A stretch of DNA of 64,000 nucleotides. Origin: Somniosus microcephalus. Lineage: Eukaryota. The position numbers and the translations under genes were made by a program. The notes beneath the pieces were generated by a model, which saw only the letters and a program-made list of their open reading frames with translations, was not told where the DNA came from and searched no databases. Every line of letters starts with the position of its first letter. Within the stretch, counting starts at the first letter, position 1. Location: contig CM126207.1 in assembly GCA_052327205.1 (NCBI GenBank), forward strand, positions 27,776,001 through 27,840,000, given 5' to 3'. This document shows positions 37,706 through 51,994 of this stretch, piece by piece.

Positions 37706-38054
37706 TCACAGAATCACAGAAACCCCACAGTGCAGATAGAGGCCATTTCGGCCCATCGAGCCTGCACCGACACATATCCCACCCGATCCCCGTAACCCCT
37801 ACACCAACACATATCCCACCCTATCCCCGTAACCCCACGTATTTAATCCCCCTAACACTAAGGGTCAATTTATCATAGCCAATCAACCTAACCCGCGCAT
37901 CTTTGGACTGTGGGAGGAAACCGGAGCACCCGGAGAAAACCCACGCAAACACGGGGAGAATGTGCAAACTCCACACAGACAGTTGCCCAGGGCCGGATTC
38001 GAACCCGGGTCCCTGGCGCTGTGAGGCAACAGTGCTAACCACTATGCCACCGTG
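37706..38054 (-). mobile_element. V-SINE (HE1-like) tRNA-derived SINE
   Basis: Minus strand: A box TGGCATAGTGG, B box GGTTCGAATCC, V-domain TCTGTGTGGAGTTTGCACATTCTCCCCGTG...GGTTTCCTCCCACAGTCCAAAGA, CR1-like tail. Imperfect flanking repeat GTGCAAAGGYGARGA. Confidence 0.88.
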
Positions 38055-38569
38055 CAAAGGCGAAGAAGGTAAAGGTCATTTACCTTCTTCGCCTTCCTCC
38101 TGATACCAACAAGTAAATAAAAGTCTAGTCTGTTTTTAAAAGTAAGCTGTTGAAGTTTATTTCATTTCTCATTCGTATTTTATTCTGCTTCCCCTTTTGA
38201 TTCTCCATTCCTCAGATGAGTGTGTAATCTGGTGAAATGTAATCTTATTTTTAATTTGCAGCCAGGTTTGAAGGGCCTGGTTGGCTGCATTGGATTTGGT
38301 CAGCGATCTCCCTCTGTGTAGCTTGAATCTGTGCTCTTACTGAGGGGTCTTCAGCCTCTCCTTTGGTAGAACCCCACATCAGGACCTCCAACTCTTCAGC
38401 ATCAAAAGGGAGCACTGTTATCCGCATATCTCCGCTGTGCCATTGTGAATAATGAGTCCCTTTTTTTTGCCCACCACCACAACTTACCCTTGATGGCGAG
38501 CTGCAGCCCTTTAAGAGCTGCTGACTCCTCCGATTTTGCACTGCTCAACCACATGTGTTACATGGTAGC

Positions 38570-41500
38570 TGGTGGGCAATGGCCACCCCGCGTTAAAAGA
38601 ATTCACGCACAGGCATCTTCCACCCTTTTAAAATGAAGTTCGGGACCTGGAACGTCAGGACCCTCATGGACAACCCCGACAGCGACAGACTGGAATGCCG
38701 TACTGCTATCGTTGCCCGGGAGCTCAGACGTGTCGACATAGACATCGCCGCCCTAAGCGAGACCCGGCGGGCAGGGGAAGACCAGCTCAAGGAGCAAGGC
38801 GGTGGTTACACCTTCTTCTGGAAAGGCAAACCTGAAGAAGAACGCCGCCTCCACGGGGTAGACTTCATCATAAAAAATGAGCTCGTTGAACATCTCAGAG
38901 ACTCCCCTTGTGGAATAAACAAATGCCCCATGACTCTACGGCTCACCCTAGCCCGGAACCGGTGCGCTTCGGTCATCAGTGCGTACGCCCCAACACTGGA
39001 AACCACAGACGAGACCAAAGAGGAATTCTACTCCAGCCTTGAACAAATCCTTGCCCCGAGTCCCAACGGGTGACAAGCTGATTCTTCTTGGCGACTTTAA
39101 CGCCAGAGTTCGAAAGGACACAGACCTCTGGGGAGGTGTGATCGACAGAGAGAGGGTAGGGAAAGCCAACTCCAATGGTACCCTCCTCCTGATGAAATGC
39201 TTAGAACATGGCCTTGTCATAACCAACACCTTGTTCTATCAGAGATACAAGTACAAGGCTTCATGGCAACATTCTCGCTCAAAACACTAGCATCTGCTGG
39301 ACTACGTCATCATCCAAGCAAGGGACCGCAAAGACGTCCGCATCACCCGCGACATGACAGGAGCTGATGACTGCTGAACAGACCACCACCTAATCCACTC
39401 TGTCATCTCCATCAACGTAGCCCCAAAACAGCGGTGGCAACAGAAGCAGTGCCGCAGGAAAATCAATGCTGGAGCACTCAAAGACCCTGCTAAGAAAGCC
39501 CTATTCAGCCTGCGCCTCACAACCAACCTGACGACTCCCAGTGATGCAGAGACACAAAGTGTCCACAGCGCCTGGTCTGCACTCAAGGCCTCCCTAATCA
39601 GCACCTGTGAAGTGATGCTCGGTCACTCGACCAGGAAACACCAAGACTGGTTCGACGAGAACGACCAGGAGATCCAGGAGCTAATAAGCTGCAAGTGCAA
39701 GGCATTCCTAATCTGGAAACAGCAACACAACTTGAGAGCAAGGAAGCAGCTCTACAGAAGCCTGAAGGCCAAGATCCAACAAAAAACTCGTGACCTAAAG
39801 AACAGATGGTGGATGGAGAAAGCGCAGGAGATCCAGCAGCTAGCCGACAACCACGATGTACGTGGATTCTTTAGTGTAGTCAAGACCACCTACAGCCCAA
39901 GCACCCAAGGTCCTACCCCACTGCTGGCCAAGAATGGAGAGGCACTCATCAAAGACAGAGAGGCAGTCAGTGCGCACAGGAAGGAGCACTTCAAAGATCT
40001 CATTAACCAAGACTCTGTCTTCGACGCGAGTGTCCTCAACTCCATCCCGCAGCATGCTACCCGCCACCACCTCAGCACAACCCCAGCCCGGCATGAAGTT
40101 GAAAAGGCCATCCGACAACTGAAGAACAACAAGGCCCCAGGAGCAGATGGAATCCCTGCCAAGGCGCTAAAACATGGTGGAGAAGCACTATTGGCGCGAA
40201 TGCACAAACTAATTTCTCTTACTTGGAAGGAGGAGAGCATGCCAGGGGACCTCAGAGACGCCGTAATCGTGACCATCTTCAAGAAAGGTGACCAGTCCAG
40301 TTGCGGTAATTACAGAGGAGTTTCCCTGCTGTCTGCCATAGGGAAAGCCATCGCAAGAATCCTCCTCAATAGCCTTCTCCCAGTGGCTGAAGAGCTCCTC
40401 CCAGAGTCGCGATGTGGATTCCGCCCACTAAGGGGCACAATGGACATGATCTTCACCGCGCGTCAACTACAAGAGAAATGCAGGGAACAGCACCAACCAC
40501 TGTACATGGCCTTTCTTTGACCTCACAAAGGTCTTCCGACACTGTCACCCGTGAGGGATTATGAAGTGTCCTCCTCAAATTCGGCTGCCCTCAAAAGTTT
40601 GTCACCATCCTCCGCCTGCTTCACGATGACATGAAAGCCGTGATTCTGACCAACGGATCCACCACAGACCCAATTCACGTACCGACCGGGGTCAAGCAAG
40701 GCTGTGTCATCGCACCAACTCTCTTCTCGATCTTCCTGGCTGCAATGCTTCATCTCACCCTCAGTAAGCTCCCCGCTGGAGTGGAGCTAATTTACAGAAC
40801 AAATGTGAAACTGTTCATCCTCCGTCACCTCCAGTCCAGATCCAAGGTCGTCCCATCCTCTGTCATCGAATTACAGTATGCAGACGACACTTGCGTCTGC
40901 GCTCACTCGGAGGTCGAACTCCAAACCATCGTAAACACCTTCACCGAAGCGTACGAGAGCATGGGCCTTACACTAAACATCCGTAAGACAAAGGTCCTCT
41001 ACCAGCCTGCCCCCATCACACAGTACTGCTCCCCAATTATCAAAATCCATGACGAGGCCTTAGACAATGTGGACCACTTTCCATACCTCGGGAGCTTACT
41101 GTCAACAAGGGCAGACGTCGATGACTAAGTCCAACACCGCCTTCAGTGTGCCAGTGCAGCCTTTGGTCGCCTGAGGAAGAGTGTTTGAAGACCAGGACCT
41201 CAAACCCAGCACCAAGCTCATGTCTACAGAGCAGTAGTGATACCCACCCTCCTGTATGCTTCAGAGACATGTACCATGTATAGCAGGCACCTCAAAGCAC
41301 TGGAGAGGTACCACCAACACTGCCTCCGCAAGATTCTGCAAATCCATTGGCAGGATAGGCGCACCAACGTCAGTGTTGTCGCTCAGGCCAACATCCCCAG
41401 CATCGAAGCTTTGACCACGTTCAATCAGCTCTGACGGACGGGCCACATCGTCCGCATGCCTGATACGAGACTCCCAAAGCAAGTTCTCTACTCGGAGCTC

Positions 41501-41824
41501 TGATACGGCAAGAGAGCCCCAGGTGGGCAGAGGAAATGCTTCAAGAACGCCCTCAAAGCCTCCTTGAAAAAGTGCAACATCCCCACCGACACCTGGGAAT
41601 CCCTGGCCCAAGACCGCACAAAGTGGAGGAGAAGCATTCAGGAAGGCGCCGAACACCTCGAGTCTCTTCGCCGGGAGCAAGTGGAAGCCAAGCGCAAACA
41701 GCGGAAGGAGCACACGTCAACCCAAGCACCCCACCCATTGGACTCATCAGTCACTTGAGAACTCATTTTTAGTGTGGAAGCAAGTCATCCTCGGTTCCGA
41801 GGGACTGCCTAAGAGAAGAGAAGA
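38570..41824 (+). mobile_element. RTE-clade LINE, near full length, degenerate
   Basis: MKFGTWNVRTL...AALSETR, SAYAPT, LGDFNAR, GVKQGCVIAP, YADD. Many stops and frameshifts; 3' tail AAGAGAAGAGAAGA. Confidence 0.92.
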
Positions 41825-42310
41825 TAGTCCAGCCTTTCATGTGCCAGTGACCTATTCCAATGAAGGGGAAGTGAGTATTTGGCTCCTTTGACATTTAGCT
41901 TTTATTAAACAAAAACGGCTCAAATTTTGGCTTTTTGAAAAATCTGCAGCCACGGTTATAAACTGACCACTGTGAATAAACCCAAAACCAGCCCTGGATA
42001 ACCAGGAATATGGCGCATTCTCATTCCATTCAGCAGCATGGATCCCTTTGAGTGTATCAATAGATGAGTAAGGACCCCACCTGCAAGCTAACCACTGGAG
42101 AGAATACCTATCTGCCTACCCACCATTGGATTTAACAGAGTTTAGGTGCATGTCGACCATTTTCTTTCTCTCCTCTCCTCACCGCCCCCCCCCCCCCCAC
42201 CTCCCCTCTTCCACACCTGATAAGTTTGCCAAGAGAGGGAAGCATACTCACCACTAGATGGTGAATCTCCAATCATAGTCAGACTTAATATCCCCTTCCC
42301 AAACCGCCCA

Positions 42311-42311
42311 C

Positions 42312-42348
<37 letters not shown>
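42311..42348 (+). repeat. (CA)n microsatellite
   Basis: Seen directly. Confidence 0.95.
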
Positions 42349-42349
<1 letters not shown>

Positions 42350-42810
42350 AGGAATTGACACTGATTTTTGTTTCTGAGACTCTGGCATCGATGCCTACCT
42401 GTCAGCTACCTTTGTTGGATTGTTAAAATGCACAGACGGATACTGTTTTATCTCGCTACATGTGTCCGTAATTTGAAGGGAAATTGTGGCCATTTATTCT
42501 GAGATGTTCTGAATTCATGCCAAATTGGGACCACTTCTGGTTTACAGTTCAGCTCATCACATCTCTTTCTGACTGAGCTGGCTTGCATTTTGATGGCTGG
42601 AAATCACTTGTCAGCTACTGCATGAGCAGCCAGACCAAAATAGTAAAACCCAGTTTAGGGTATGTGTTGGCTGTGAGCATCTGTGACTAACAGAGATTTG
42701 ATGCTTCCACTTATATTTCTCGTTATTGCCAAATCTAATTATTTGCTGCTGCCCCTGCGTGTATATATGTCTGCGTATTAATGTAATAATTGGACCTTTT
42801 GTTCCCCAAG

Positions 42811-42964
42811 GCCTGCGCGGTGCCATTGCGTTTGCCCTGGCAATCCGAGACACCGACTCGAAACCAAAGCAGATGATGTTCACCACGACCCTGCTGATCG
42901 TGTTCTTCACCGTCTGGGTGTTTGGAGGGGGAACCACTCAGATGCTCACGTGGCTTCATATCAG
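42811..42964 (+). CDS. SLC9A9: Internal coding exon of NHE9
   Basis: Acceptor CCCCAAG, 154 nt encoding [52 protein letters not shown]; donor GTTAGT. Confidence 0.94.
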
Positions 42965-43514
42965 GTTAGTGATCACTGGGTCTTGACAGTAAAATATTAC
43001 CAGGTTTTGCAAAAGCCCTAAATGAATTGCGGCATTGGTTCTGAAAACCTTCAAGAACTAATCACTATAATTTTCTGTAATTTCAGGAAGCAAGGTTCCT
43101 TAATGTTGTACTGCCACTGGCCTAATTACTAATATTAAACAGCCAATCAAATGATATTCCTACTGCCCTGCTCATTTTAAACATACGGTGCCAAGGCCCT
43201 CATTTTAAACTGCCGTCTGCCTGTAGACCGAGCACTTGAAGCAGTCAGCCTCTCGACTTGGGAGTCACCCTTTGTCGCAACGCCAGCACCTTGCCCAAGA
43301 CAGTTTAAGAGTTGCCCTCTTGGCAAACAAGCGAACCGTCAAGTGTTCAGAGGTTTCCCAGTGATGTTGAGCAATGCAATTGAAAAGCCAAGGCTGGGCC
43401 AAGCTACATGCTCAACAGCTATGCGTCCCCATGCTGCTGCCATGTAATTGGTGAACCTCGTAAAGGAAGCAGCAGAGATTTGCACTGTCCTTGAAGTTCC
43501 AGGTCTGACCTATT

Positions 43515-44259
43515 GGGCCAGTAATTCCAGTCCCAACGCGTGAGTACGGACGGGGTACTCACGCGTGGGCCCGTTGGAAGTGCCGGATTTCAGCATGCAC
43601 AGCGCATGCGCGGGAAACCGGCATTTCCTCCAAGGGGTTCAGAGGTCCAACGCGTCTCTGCGCGTACGCGTTGAACTTCCTTCTTTTTGACAGGTTTGCC
43701 CGTGTGTAAGGGCCCGAACTTTTTAGAAATGTAAAAAGGAGACGTAAGGACGTGATTCTTTAAGGTAAGTGGTCTATTATTTAAAATTATAACATTTTTT
43801 CCACAGCTTTATTGTTTTTAAGGACTTTACAGTAAGGTAAGTTTATTTTTGACCCGATTTCTTAAAAAATTATTTTTTTCAAAAATTTGATTAATTGTTT
43901 AAAATAGTTTTTTAAAGTTATTTATAGTTCATTTAATTAGTGGGATGTTTTTAAAAATTTTATTTAAAGTTTAAGTAGTGTTTTGGGCGCCCGTAGTTTT
44001 CATGAGTTTGACAGTTCTTACTATCAAACTCATGAATGAAGTTTCCCCTCCCCTGATTGGCTGCCCAGTGCTCACCTGATCCCAGCCGGCACAGCGCACT
44101 AACTACGCCGCTGGATCAGGCAAGCACAGCGCGCCGACAGCTGAACCGGGCCAGTGACAGGAATTCCAAGCAGCCCCAGGCTTCAGCTGTCGGCGCGCTG
44201 GGTAAGTGCACATCGGGGGCTTGCACGCGCGGCAAGCCCCCGAACCTAATTTCTGGGCC
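43515..44259. mobile_element. Non-autonomous Harbinger-like element
   Basis: Ends GGGCCAGTAATT / AATTTCTGGGCC with 3-bp TSD ATT. CpG-rich arms with internal palindromes around an AT-rich centre. Confidence 0.7.
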
Positions 44260-45322
44260 ATTATAATCATCCATCGCCACTCTGCAAGACCAACCAGAGA
44301 TATACCTACAGTCACGCCTGAGCTCACTATCACATTCATCACTTCAAGTGACCTGGAGGGTGTGGCCAGATTCGAAGTATGCTTTGGAAATTAAGAAAAA
44401 CAAACAAAGAGTAGTTCTTATCAAGTACCCTTTACAAGAAGGATCTGGGCACAGTACAGACCATTGCAGATTTGGCAGGAGTGATGAGATTTTAAGTTGC
44501 TGTAAGAGTTGAGACAATAAAGAACAAAAGAAACAACGTTCAAGTTACAGCCTTAAATTACAGCCTTAGATTCACATTTATTTTATTGTCAATCACATAA
44601 TATCAAAACAATGGCTATCACAATTAAAAGTAGGTCAAATTGCATTTACAGGCTGTGATATCACGACTGCACAATAATATGACCGTGTGATTGACAGAAA
44701 GTGTAAACAAGGAATTATTTTTTAGGTCCAGCACAATTAAGGAGAAAGTAATAGGTGGGAGGAGTGACTATAAGGAAATAATCTCATTGCATTTTATATG
44801 TCACAATGTACAATGAGAACCAAGCTTGAGTGGTCTGTTGTATCTGAACTCTGGAATTAAATTATTTTTCTCTTTAGTCACTGCCATTCACCCAAGTTGT
44901 TTTTTATAAATAAAGGTCACTTGGTTTATACTGGACTAATCGGTGCAGCATTGTTTGTACACTTTTAACATCTGTCAGTTGTATTGCAAAGAACATTGGA
45001 AAATGTCAAATGAAAAGCTGGTACAGTATTCATAGAATCGTAGAACGTTACAGCACAGAAACAGGTCATTCATGCCATTAAGTCTGCACCGGTGCTAATC
45101 TCCGCAGAAGCCCCATACTCCAATCCCACTCGGCTACTTGCTCCCCTTGGAAAAAAAATGTCATCTTTGCAAGCAACGATAAAATCCCCCTTTTTAAAGA
45201 ATTTGTCGATTTGCGCCAGCAATTGTTTGTGGCAGGATCTTCCACGTTCTAATCATCTTCTGTGTAAAGACATTTCTTCTAACCTCCACTTTTAATTCTT
45301 TTAGGTGATTATCATGAATATA

Positions 45323-45656
45323 CAGGAAACTTTGGTTTATCCGGAGGTTGTATGTCCGGAAACCTTGATCTACCGGCAGAAATCAGGAGCCGTTTTGTTA
45401 GGTTTTTTTTTCTTCTCGTGGCTTTGTTTTCAACAGTCGGGCTCTGGAAAGTCTCTCTGAAGCTGTTGCTAAGCTACAGAGACGCTTCCAAGGTACAGGC
45501 CGACTGTTTACAAGCTGTTGCTAAGCAACAGTGTTTGTTGTCAGATACGGAGATGAAAACCTCCGTATGCTTCAACATTAACTTTGTATGTCTGGCAGTT
45601 TTGATAGATCGGCAACAGCTCGGTCCCGTCGGTGCCGGATATAATAAAGTTTCCTG
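45323..45656. mobile_element. Tigger/pogo-type MITE
   Basis: TA-CAGGAAACTTT...ATCCGG and CCGGAT...AAAGTTTCCTG-TA. Confidence 0.8.
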
Positions 45657-45955
45657 TATGCCCCTTTGTTACTGTTTCACCGAACACTGGATTACATAGA
45701 AAATACAACACTGAAAGAAGCCATTCAGCCCAACCAGTCCATGTTGGTACTTAAGCTCCACATGAGTGCGTGTCCTAATCTAGATGGCCACCCTGTTCCT
45801 ATATTACCCTTTCCTTCAACCACCAACTCCAGTAGTACATTCCGCAACCCTCTGTGTGGAAAAAATAAGTTTCTCCTGCTCTGTCCCCTAACTTTCTTAC
45901 ATTTAATCATATCTATGTCCCATCATTCTAGATCCCTTAACAACTGGAAAGAATT

Positions 45956-46757
45956 GGGCCGGAATATCCTCGCTCTGACTTAAATCAAAATTCTATGCCG
46001 AGCTTGCCAACATCAACTTATACTGAAGTTTCCTGGGAACTTCAAAAACATACACTGGAACGTAAAAACCCGCATAAAACAAACAAAAATCAGCGCAAAC
46101 AATGGGGACCCAAGGAAAGCGCGGAACATACACTATCTTCCTTCCTTAAGTCCTTCTTTATCTAACTGATGTTATGTAAATTAAAGTTTGAAGCCATCAA
46201 CCCGTCATTTATGCGCATTAAGCGCAGCACATTTAAGAAAGCACAATTGTGGAAACTTGGCTCTTTTTAATGTAACAGAACCTGATGCCATGAAAAAGCA
46301 TTCAAAGAAATAGAAAGTACAGTGCAGGTTTCAGTAAGGAGAAATAAAATAAATTGCCAAGAAACACCAGAAATAGTGACTTTGGGTCCTCCCGCGCCTA
46401 AAATTTTAGGCATCAATTTACCCCTGTTGAGAACCAGTATAAATACAGGAATCTCCCATTCTCTGGTCTTTTGCATGGGGTCGGAGCTATGTTAATAAGC
46501 TATGTGTGGTTTCAGCAGATAGAACTCTGGAGCAGCGCCAACGATCAAGGAAATTTGCACAGAGCAAGGTTCTGGGGCGCAAGTCACTTAGGCGCAAATT
46601 TCCTCACAAAAAACCTGGCACAATACGGCTCTTACGCCATTGCTGCGCTGAAAATTACGAGGGCGTTCCAGGTCAATCTTGTCGTAATCCTTTGTCATTT
46701 TTTTTTTAAGTTGTTCATTTGTGATTTTGCTGGCTTACAAATGCGAAATTTCAGCTA
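45956..46757. mobile_element. Possible degraded Harbinger-like element
   Basis: Start GGGCCGGAATAT and weak end GAAATTTCAGCT. Confidence 0.35.
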
Positions 46758-46783
46758 ATCGAATGTAAATGTAGTGCAGACAT

Positions 46784-47266
46784 CCGGTCGCTTGTTACTT
46801 TAACTCTCTGCTCCACTCCCACTCTGCCACCTCTGTCCTTGGCCTCCTACACTGTTCCAATGAAGCTCAACGTAAGCTCGAGGAACAGCACCTCATCTTT
46901 CTATTAGGCACTTTACAGCCTTCTGGACTCAACACTGACTTCAACAATTTCAGACTATAACCTCTGCCCCAACTTTTTCACATGGCGGCTGTTGATGATT
47001 CTGCCATCCCCATGGCAACATTTAATCTCTCCTGCCTTCCACCCCATCACCGACTGTCCCTTTTGTTCTTTCCTCCCCTCCCCACTTTCCCTGCCTCTGC
47101 ACCTGCTTAAAACCTGTTACATCTCTAACTTTTTCCAGTTCTGATGAAGGGTTCCAGACCTGAAACATTAACTCTGTTTCTCTCTCCACGGATGCTGCCT
47201 GGCCTGCTGAGTGCTTCCAGCATTTTCTGTTATTTCAGATTTCCAGCATCCGCAGTATTTTGCTAT
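46784..47266 (+). mobile_element. Penelope-like element 3' fragment with target-site duplication
   Basis: Encodes VLGLLHCSNEAQRKLEEQHLIFLLGTLQPSGLN (GIY-YIG endonuclease C-terminus). Hammerhead-like CTGATGA...GAAAC near 47141-47166. 14-bp flanking repeat TGTAGTRCAGACAT. Confidence 0.85.
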
Positions 47267-49914
47267 TGTAGTACAGACATTGCATGTGTGGCACTTTGAA
47301 GTAGAACAGTGATGACTCTTCAGAAGTACTTCATTGACTGTAAACCACTTTGGGACGACCTGAGGTTGTGAAAGGCGCTATATAAATGCAAGTTAGAAGA
47401 TAGGATTGGTGAGTGGTGACTTCTGGTTTGCTTTGAGAAGTGTTATTATTTTTATTTGTAGAGGTTTATAGTGGAGCATATGAGAATGCAATTTAGCGAC
47501 TGAAAGGATTTGGAAAGAATTTTGTGAGCAATGTGTATGAGACCGTTAAGTAGGTGATTAAGTAAGAATCTTCTGAGCGATGTGCTCAAAGTCAGTGAAG
47601 TATGTCAGAGGTGCAATCGCGTAAAAAACTGATAAAAGAATGTATAGCATACACAGTACAGGAACATGATAACTACCAACAGGACTGTTCTGCAATAGTA
47701 GCACATTTCCTGTGACATTGCTTTTGGCAGTTTCGGGGTCTGGAGAATGTTGTAATGTTAACTGCCAACTCGGCCTGTCCCTTTAAGGCCAGTGCGCAGC
47801 CTCTCTGTGTGGAAGTGCTCTAAATAGTTGCAACTGAAGGTCGATTACAGGCTAATTACTGTTGTAGGAAGTTTCTCCAGATTGGCATCTCCTTTAGTTC
47901 TTTCCTTGGGAAGGCGCCAGATTTTCTCAATATCAGAAATACAAGCAGGAAGTGACTAGCTCTGTTTCTCTTTGTGTATACTGTTTTTGAAGGATGTTCA
48001 ATAATGATTCGTTGGTGTTTTATGCAATATATTGCCATTTGAAATGTGATGGATACTCTTAAAGCTTTTTTATTTTATTATAACTATAAAATAGAGCATT
48101 ATTTCTCTGAAAAACAGCCTCTCTTCTATCCTATTATTATACCCCTTTATAATGTAGCACTATAAGGTAAAACAAACTTCTTCCTATCATATGACATGGA
48201 GCTGCATTGTTAAAACTTAGTGGCCTTAATAGTACAACAGCCATCTTACGGGTGAGATGTTAAACCGAGGCCCCGTCTGCCCTCACAGGTGGACGCAAAA
48301 GATCCCGTGGCATTATTTCGAAGAAGAACCAGGGGAGTTTTCCCCCACGTCCTGAACAATATTTATCCCTGGCAAATGGGGGATTGTGTTACTGTAACTT
48401 CTATTCCCTCGGTGAGCAGTCCCACCTCTGCGGAATTATTTTTTTCCCCTCCTTGATTTTTAGGTAAATCAATTCCATCCACGAGTCAGTGAGGGCCAGT
48501 CCTAATGGAAACCTGAATCACGTAGCATGACAAGTCATCTTTCTGTTAGTTGTTGACAGATGGAAGAGAAAATGTAGCAAGTCATGCTGTCCCTCCAACG
48601 TGATATTCCTGAAGGGATTAGTTCTTTTTCTGAGTGGCTTCAAGCAGTTTGCTATTTATACAGCTATAAGAAGAAAAATAGGAGTGTGGAACTTTTTTAG
48701 ATATACGGTTCTTGACAACATTTATTTTCCGGTACAAATTGTGTACGAATCCACATGTCCGCCTTCTCCTGCCATTCCTAATCCATCTATAGTGAAAAAA
48801 GGCGTTGAAGCTGAGAAGAAAGACTGTAATTTACGTTAACATATCTGTTGGAAATGTCCTAAAGTATTTAGCAGACATTTAATTACTTTGAAGTGATTGT
48901 TGTTATCCAGCCATCTTGAGCGCAGCAAGATCTCACGATGAGATAATGACCAGTTAATCTGTATTTGGTAGTCATTGAGGGAAGGACATTGAGCAGTGCT
49001 TACAACAGAGCAACATCCTCTCAGGACTGCACTGAAATGTTAGCCTAGATTATGTGCTCAAGTGTTGGAGTGGGACTTGAATCCACAACCTTCTGACATA
49101 GACATCGACTGATGGGGCCTCGGTTTAACATCTCACCTGAAGGACTGTGCTTTGGGGGAAAAAAAGAAGTAATTGACTCAATCGATATTCATCCTTTGCC
49201 GATATTCATATATCCAGATGCTATGGATGGATCAGCCTTATCAGAATCAGTTTTAAATCTATTTGCCTAGCTTCCCAATGGCCCAGTGTATTACTAATAT
49301 TCTGCCCTCGCAGCGCTTTCCTATGCAGAGCTAGACAGGTAGCTAACAACTTGATATCTTCCCATAAAAATCACAAGGCTTGACTTTTCTTGTAAACTTT
49401 ACTGAAAGATTCTTATTGTGAAACAAATACAATACAGAAATGGAAGCACACATTAGTACACAAGCACATAACTGATATGCATACACAAATTTAGGTAAGC
49501 CTGAGCAACACAGTACATTTGGCATGTAACTTACCAAAACACGTGAAAACACAGCTTACTGTGAATATACATTTAGCAAACTGAAAGGCATTCTCTTACA
49601 TTCACTTTAAATTAGCCCTGTACATAGTGCATCAAAATACAGCTACAAGTTAACCAGCTAGACACAGAGAGCGAGCACTTCACGGCTAGCTGTGCAGGTT
49701 TGCTTACAGAGAAAGGTTACAAACTAAACATTTTCTGCAAAATATAGTGTACACTAATCATCTATAACATTCTCAAGTACTTACAGATAAATAGTGTCCA
49801 AGGCCGAAGCGTAACAAGAAAATAATTTCCCAGACCATGTGTCGAGCTGCAGGTCTTGTGCTATACAGCAGTTTACTTTACTGCGCTTTACTGCACTTGT
49901 TAGGTACCAAATAT

Positions 49915-49930
49915 CCACTAGGTGGCGGCA
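49915..49930 (+). promoter_or_regulatory. Candidate CTCF motif
   Basis: CCACTAGGTGGCGGCA matches the CTCF core CCASYAGRKGGC; motif match only. Confidence 0.4.
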
Positions 49931-51994
49931 CACAATGGAAATCGACCCAAATTACTCAAACCCCTGAATTAACTTGAAAACTAACATAAATTCCTAAAGG
50001 AAGGCAGCACAACTAAGCTTAATGTGGCTACATATTTTCTGTCTGTTCTCAGTTTATTCTCAGCTGAGGTGACAATTGGGGCATTTTAATTGGCCTTAGC
50101 GCCCATGAGCTAGGAACGGCAAAGTTAGCCAGGGCTCCTTCTCCTGATCCCTATCCAATGGCTCATTCTCGGGGATGTGGACATTCCTGTGTTCCTATGA
50201 CAGGATCAGGCTCAGCTGTGATGCCTTTCATAGTCAAATAACCAACGACAGTACGTCAGTTCGGACTAGTCTCACTGACTAAGCTCATACCATGAAGAAT
50301 GGCTACTTGGCCAAATCACATGGACGCATATCCCAGCAAGATCAGTACCTTCAGGAAAACTGGCCATTTTTCTGAGGAGGCTTGAGCTGAGGCTGACTTT
50401 TCTATCTCCTTCCCTAGCAAGTGCCATACCTTTACTCTACCCTCCCTCCAGTGATTATATGGCTATAATTGGGAGCTCACTACAAGAGAGGGGTGATAGT
50501 GAAAGCTAAGGTCTTACCACTTTTGTGACACAACATGTTATCAGTTTTTATGTGTATTTGCACAGCTTTCGGAGGGAATTTTTACACCTACATCCCATCA
50601 CTCCACAGCACACTACATTGGGGCAGCTGGTTGTATCTCTTGATGCTATGATTCGTTTAAACATTCTGAATAACCCAGTTCTTGGAACGACAGAGATGGG
50701 GGAGGAGGAATAGCAAAATTGCAGGAATGTGCAGTGTTGAAACGTGTCATTTTTGTGTATGGTCGATTACAGAAAAGCACAAACATTCTCCTGTTCTCTT
50801 TTGTTAAGAGGAGTTTTCAGTGTCTTTCAACTGAGATTTCTGCTGACCGTCTGAACTGTAGCAACAGAAAACTCGGGCCATCCAAGAATCCGCAGGTCCT
50901 GCTACGCCCACTTGTACTTCAGTGAAAATTGTCTTATTTTGATTATAAATGCTAATTTTTATTAGGAAAAGCTAGCAAACGCAGTTAATGTTAACACAGT
51001 GCAGAATTTGCATCAGCTTGCAATAGAAACAAAAGGTTTAATGAAAAACATATGAATTTGAAATATGAAATGGAAAGATTTAATATCTAAAATATTATAT
51101 ATGATAGAAACTAAAGTAGAGATGCTGTCCAGTATTAGCATTCATAATGGTTACTTTCCCCAACAGAGTCTGCAGCTGCTATTGCTGCGGAGAAAATGGT
51201 AACCTAATTTTTTTTTAAAGCAATACTGATATTTAGTCACATTGACACAAAATATATTAAGGATAATGATTAGGAATGTTTCTATGTTTTTTTAAAAACT
51301 ATTGTTTGGAGAGTATTCTGGGCAAGTCTCCCCTTATTGTCTATAGTCTGTTGGCACATAGCCTGCTTTCCGGCTATTTATTATCAGTGTCAGCCAGGGA
51401 TTGCCATTGTGTGACTTCCCCTGCTCCAGATTTCCTTCTTCCCTCTTGGGACGTGAGGCATTCTCGGCTCCCTGTTCACTGCCGCTTAGACCAGCAACCG
51501 AGTACAGCAAGACTCAAACGTTTGATGGCCCCTACACCGTGGTGTTGAGCATTAACCCAATATCACTGTGCCATCCCAGTAACCCTTGTGTTCTTAATGG
51601 TAACCAGTGTTGTATCACGCCACAGCAGTAGCTTCCTTTTAGAAGAGTAGTTCCCACCAGGGATCTCTGCATTCTGGATGATCTCATTCAAATGCCTCGT
51701 TCAATTTCTGGACTAGTTTTTTTTTTAAATGATCCCATGCAGAATTTTTTCAGCTCCCTTGGGGAATACGAGATGAATCATTGTGATGGGTTGATATGTA
51801 GCTGGTACACAATTGGCAAGCCTCCTACTACAGTAGAATGGCAAGCCCTGTGTCCTCATTGACAACAGATTGATTCTTCCTAGATATTGATGGAAATACT
51901 ACGTGGATACTGCATGTGTTCAGTTATTATGAAGACTTTCTCTCCCCGTTATATGCAGCATTTCACTCCCCGTTTAAATAGAATTCCCTTTTCC

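Noticed and set aside
38251-38541. Minus-strand ORF with FDAEELEVL...REIADQI, weakly Myb/SANT-like
   Set aside because: Too degraded to call; at most another Harbinger remnant.
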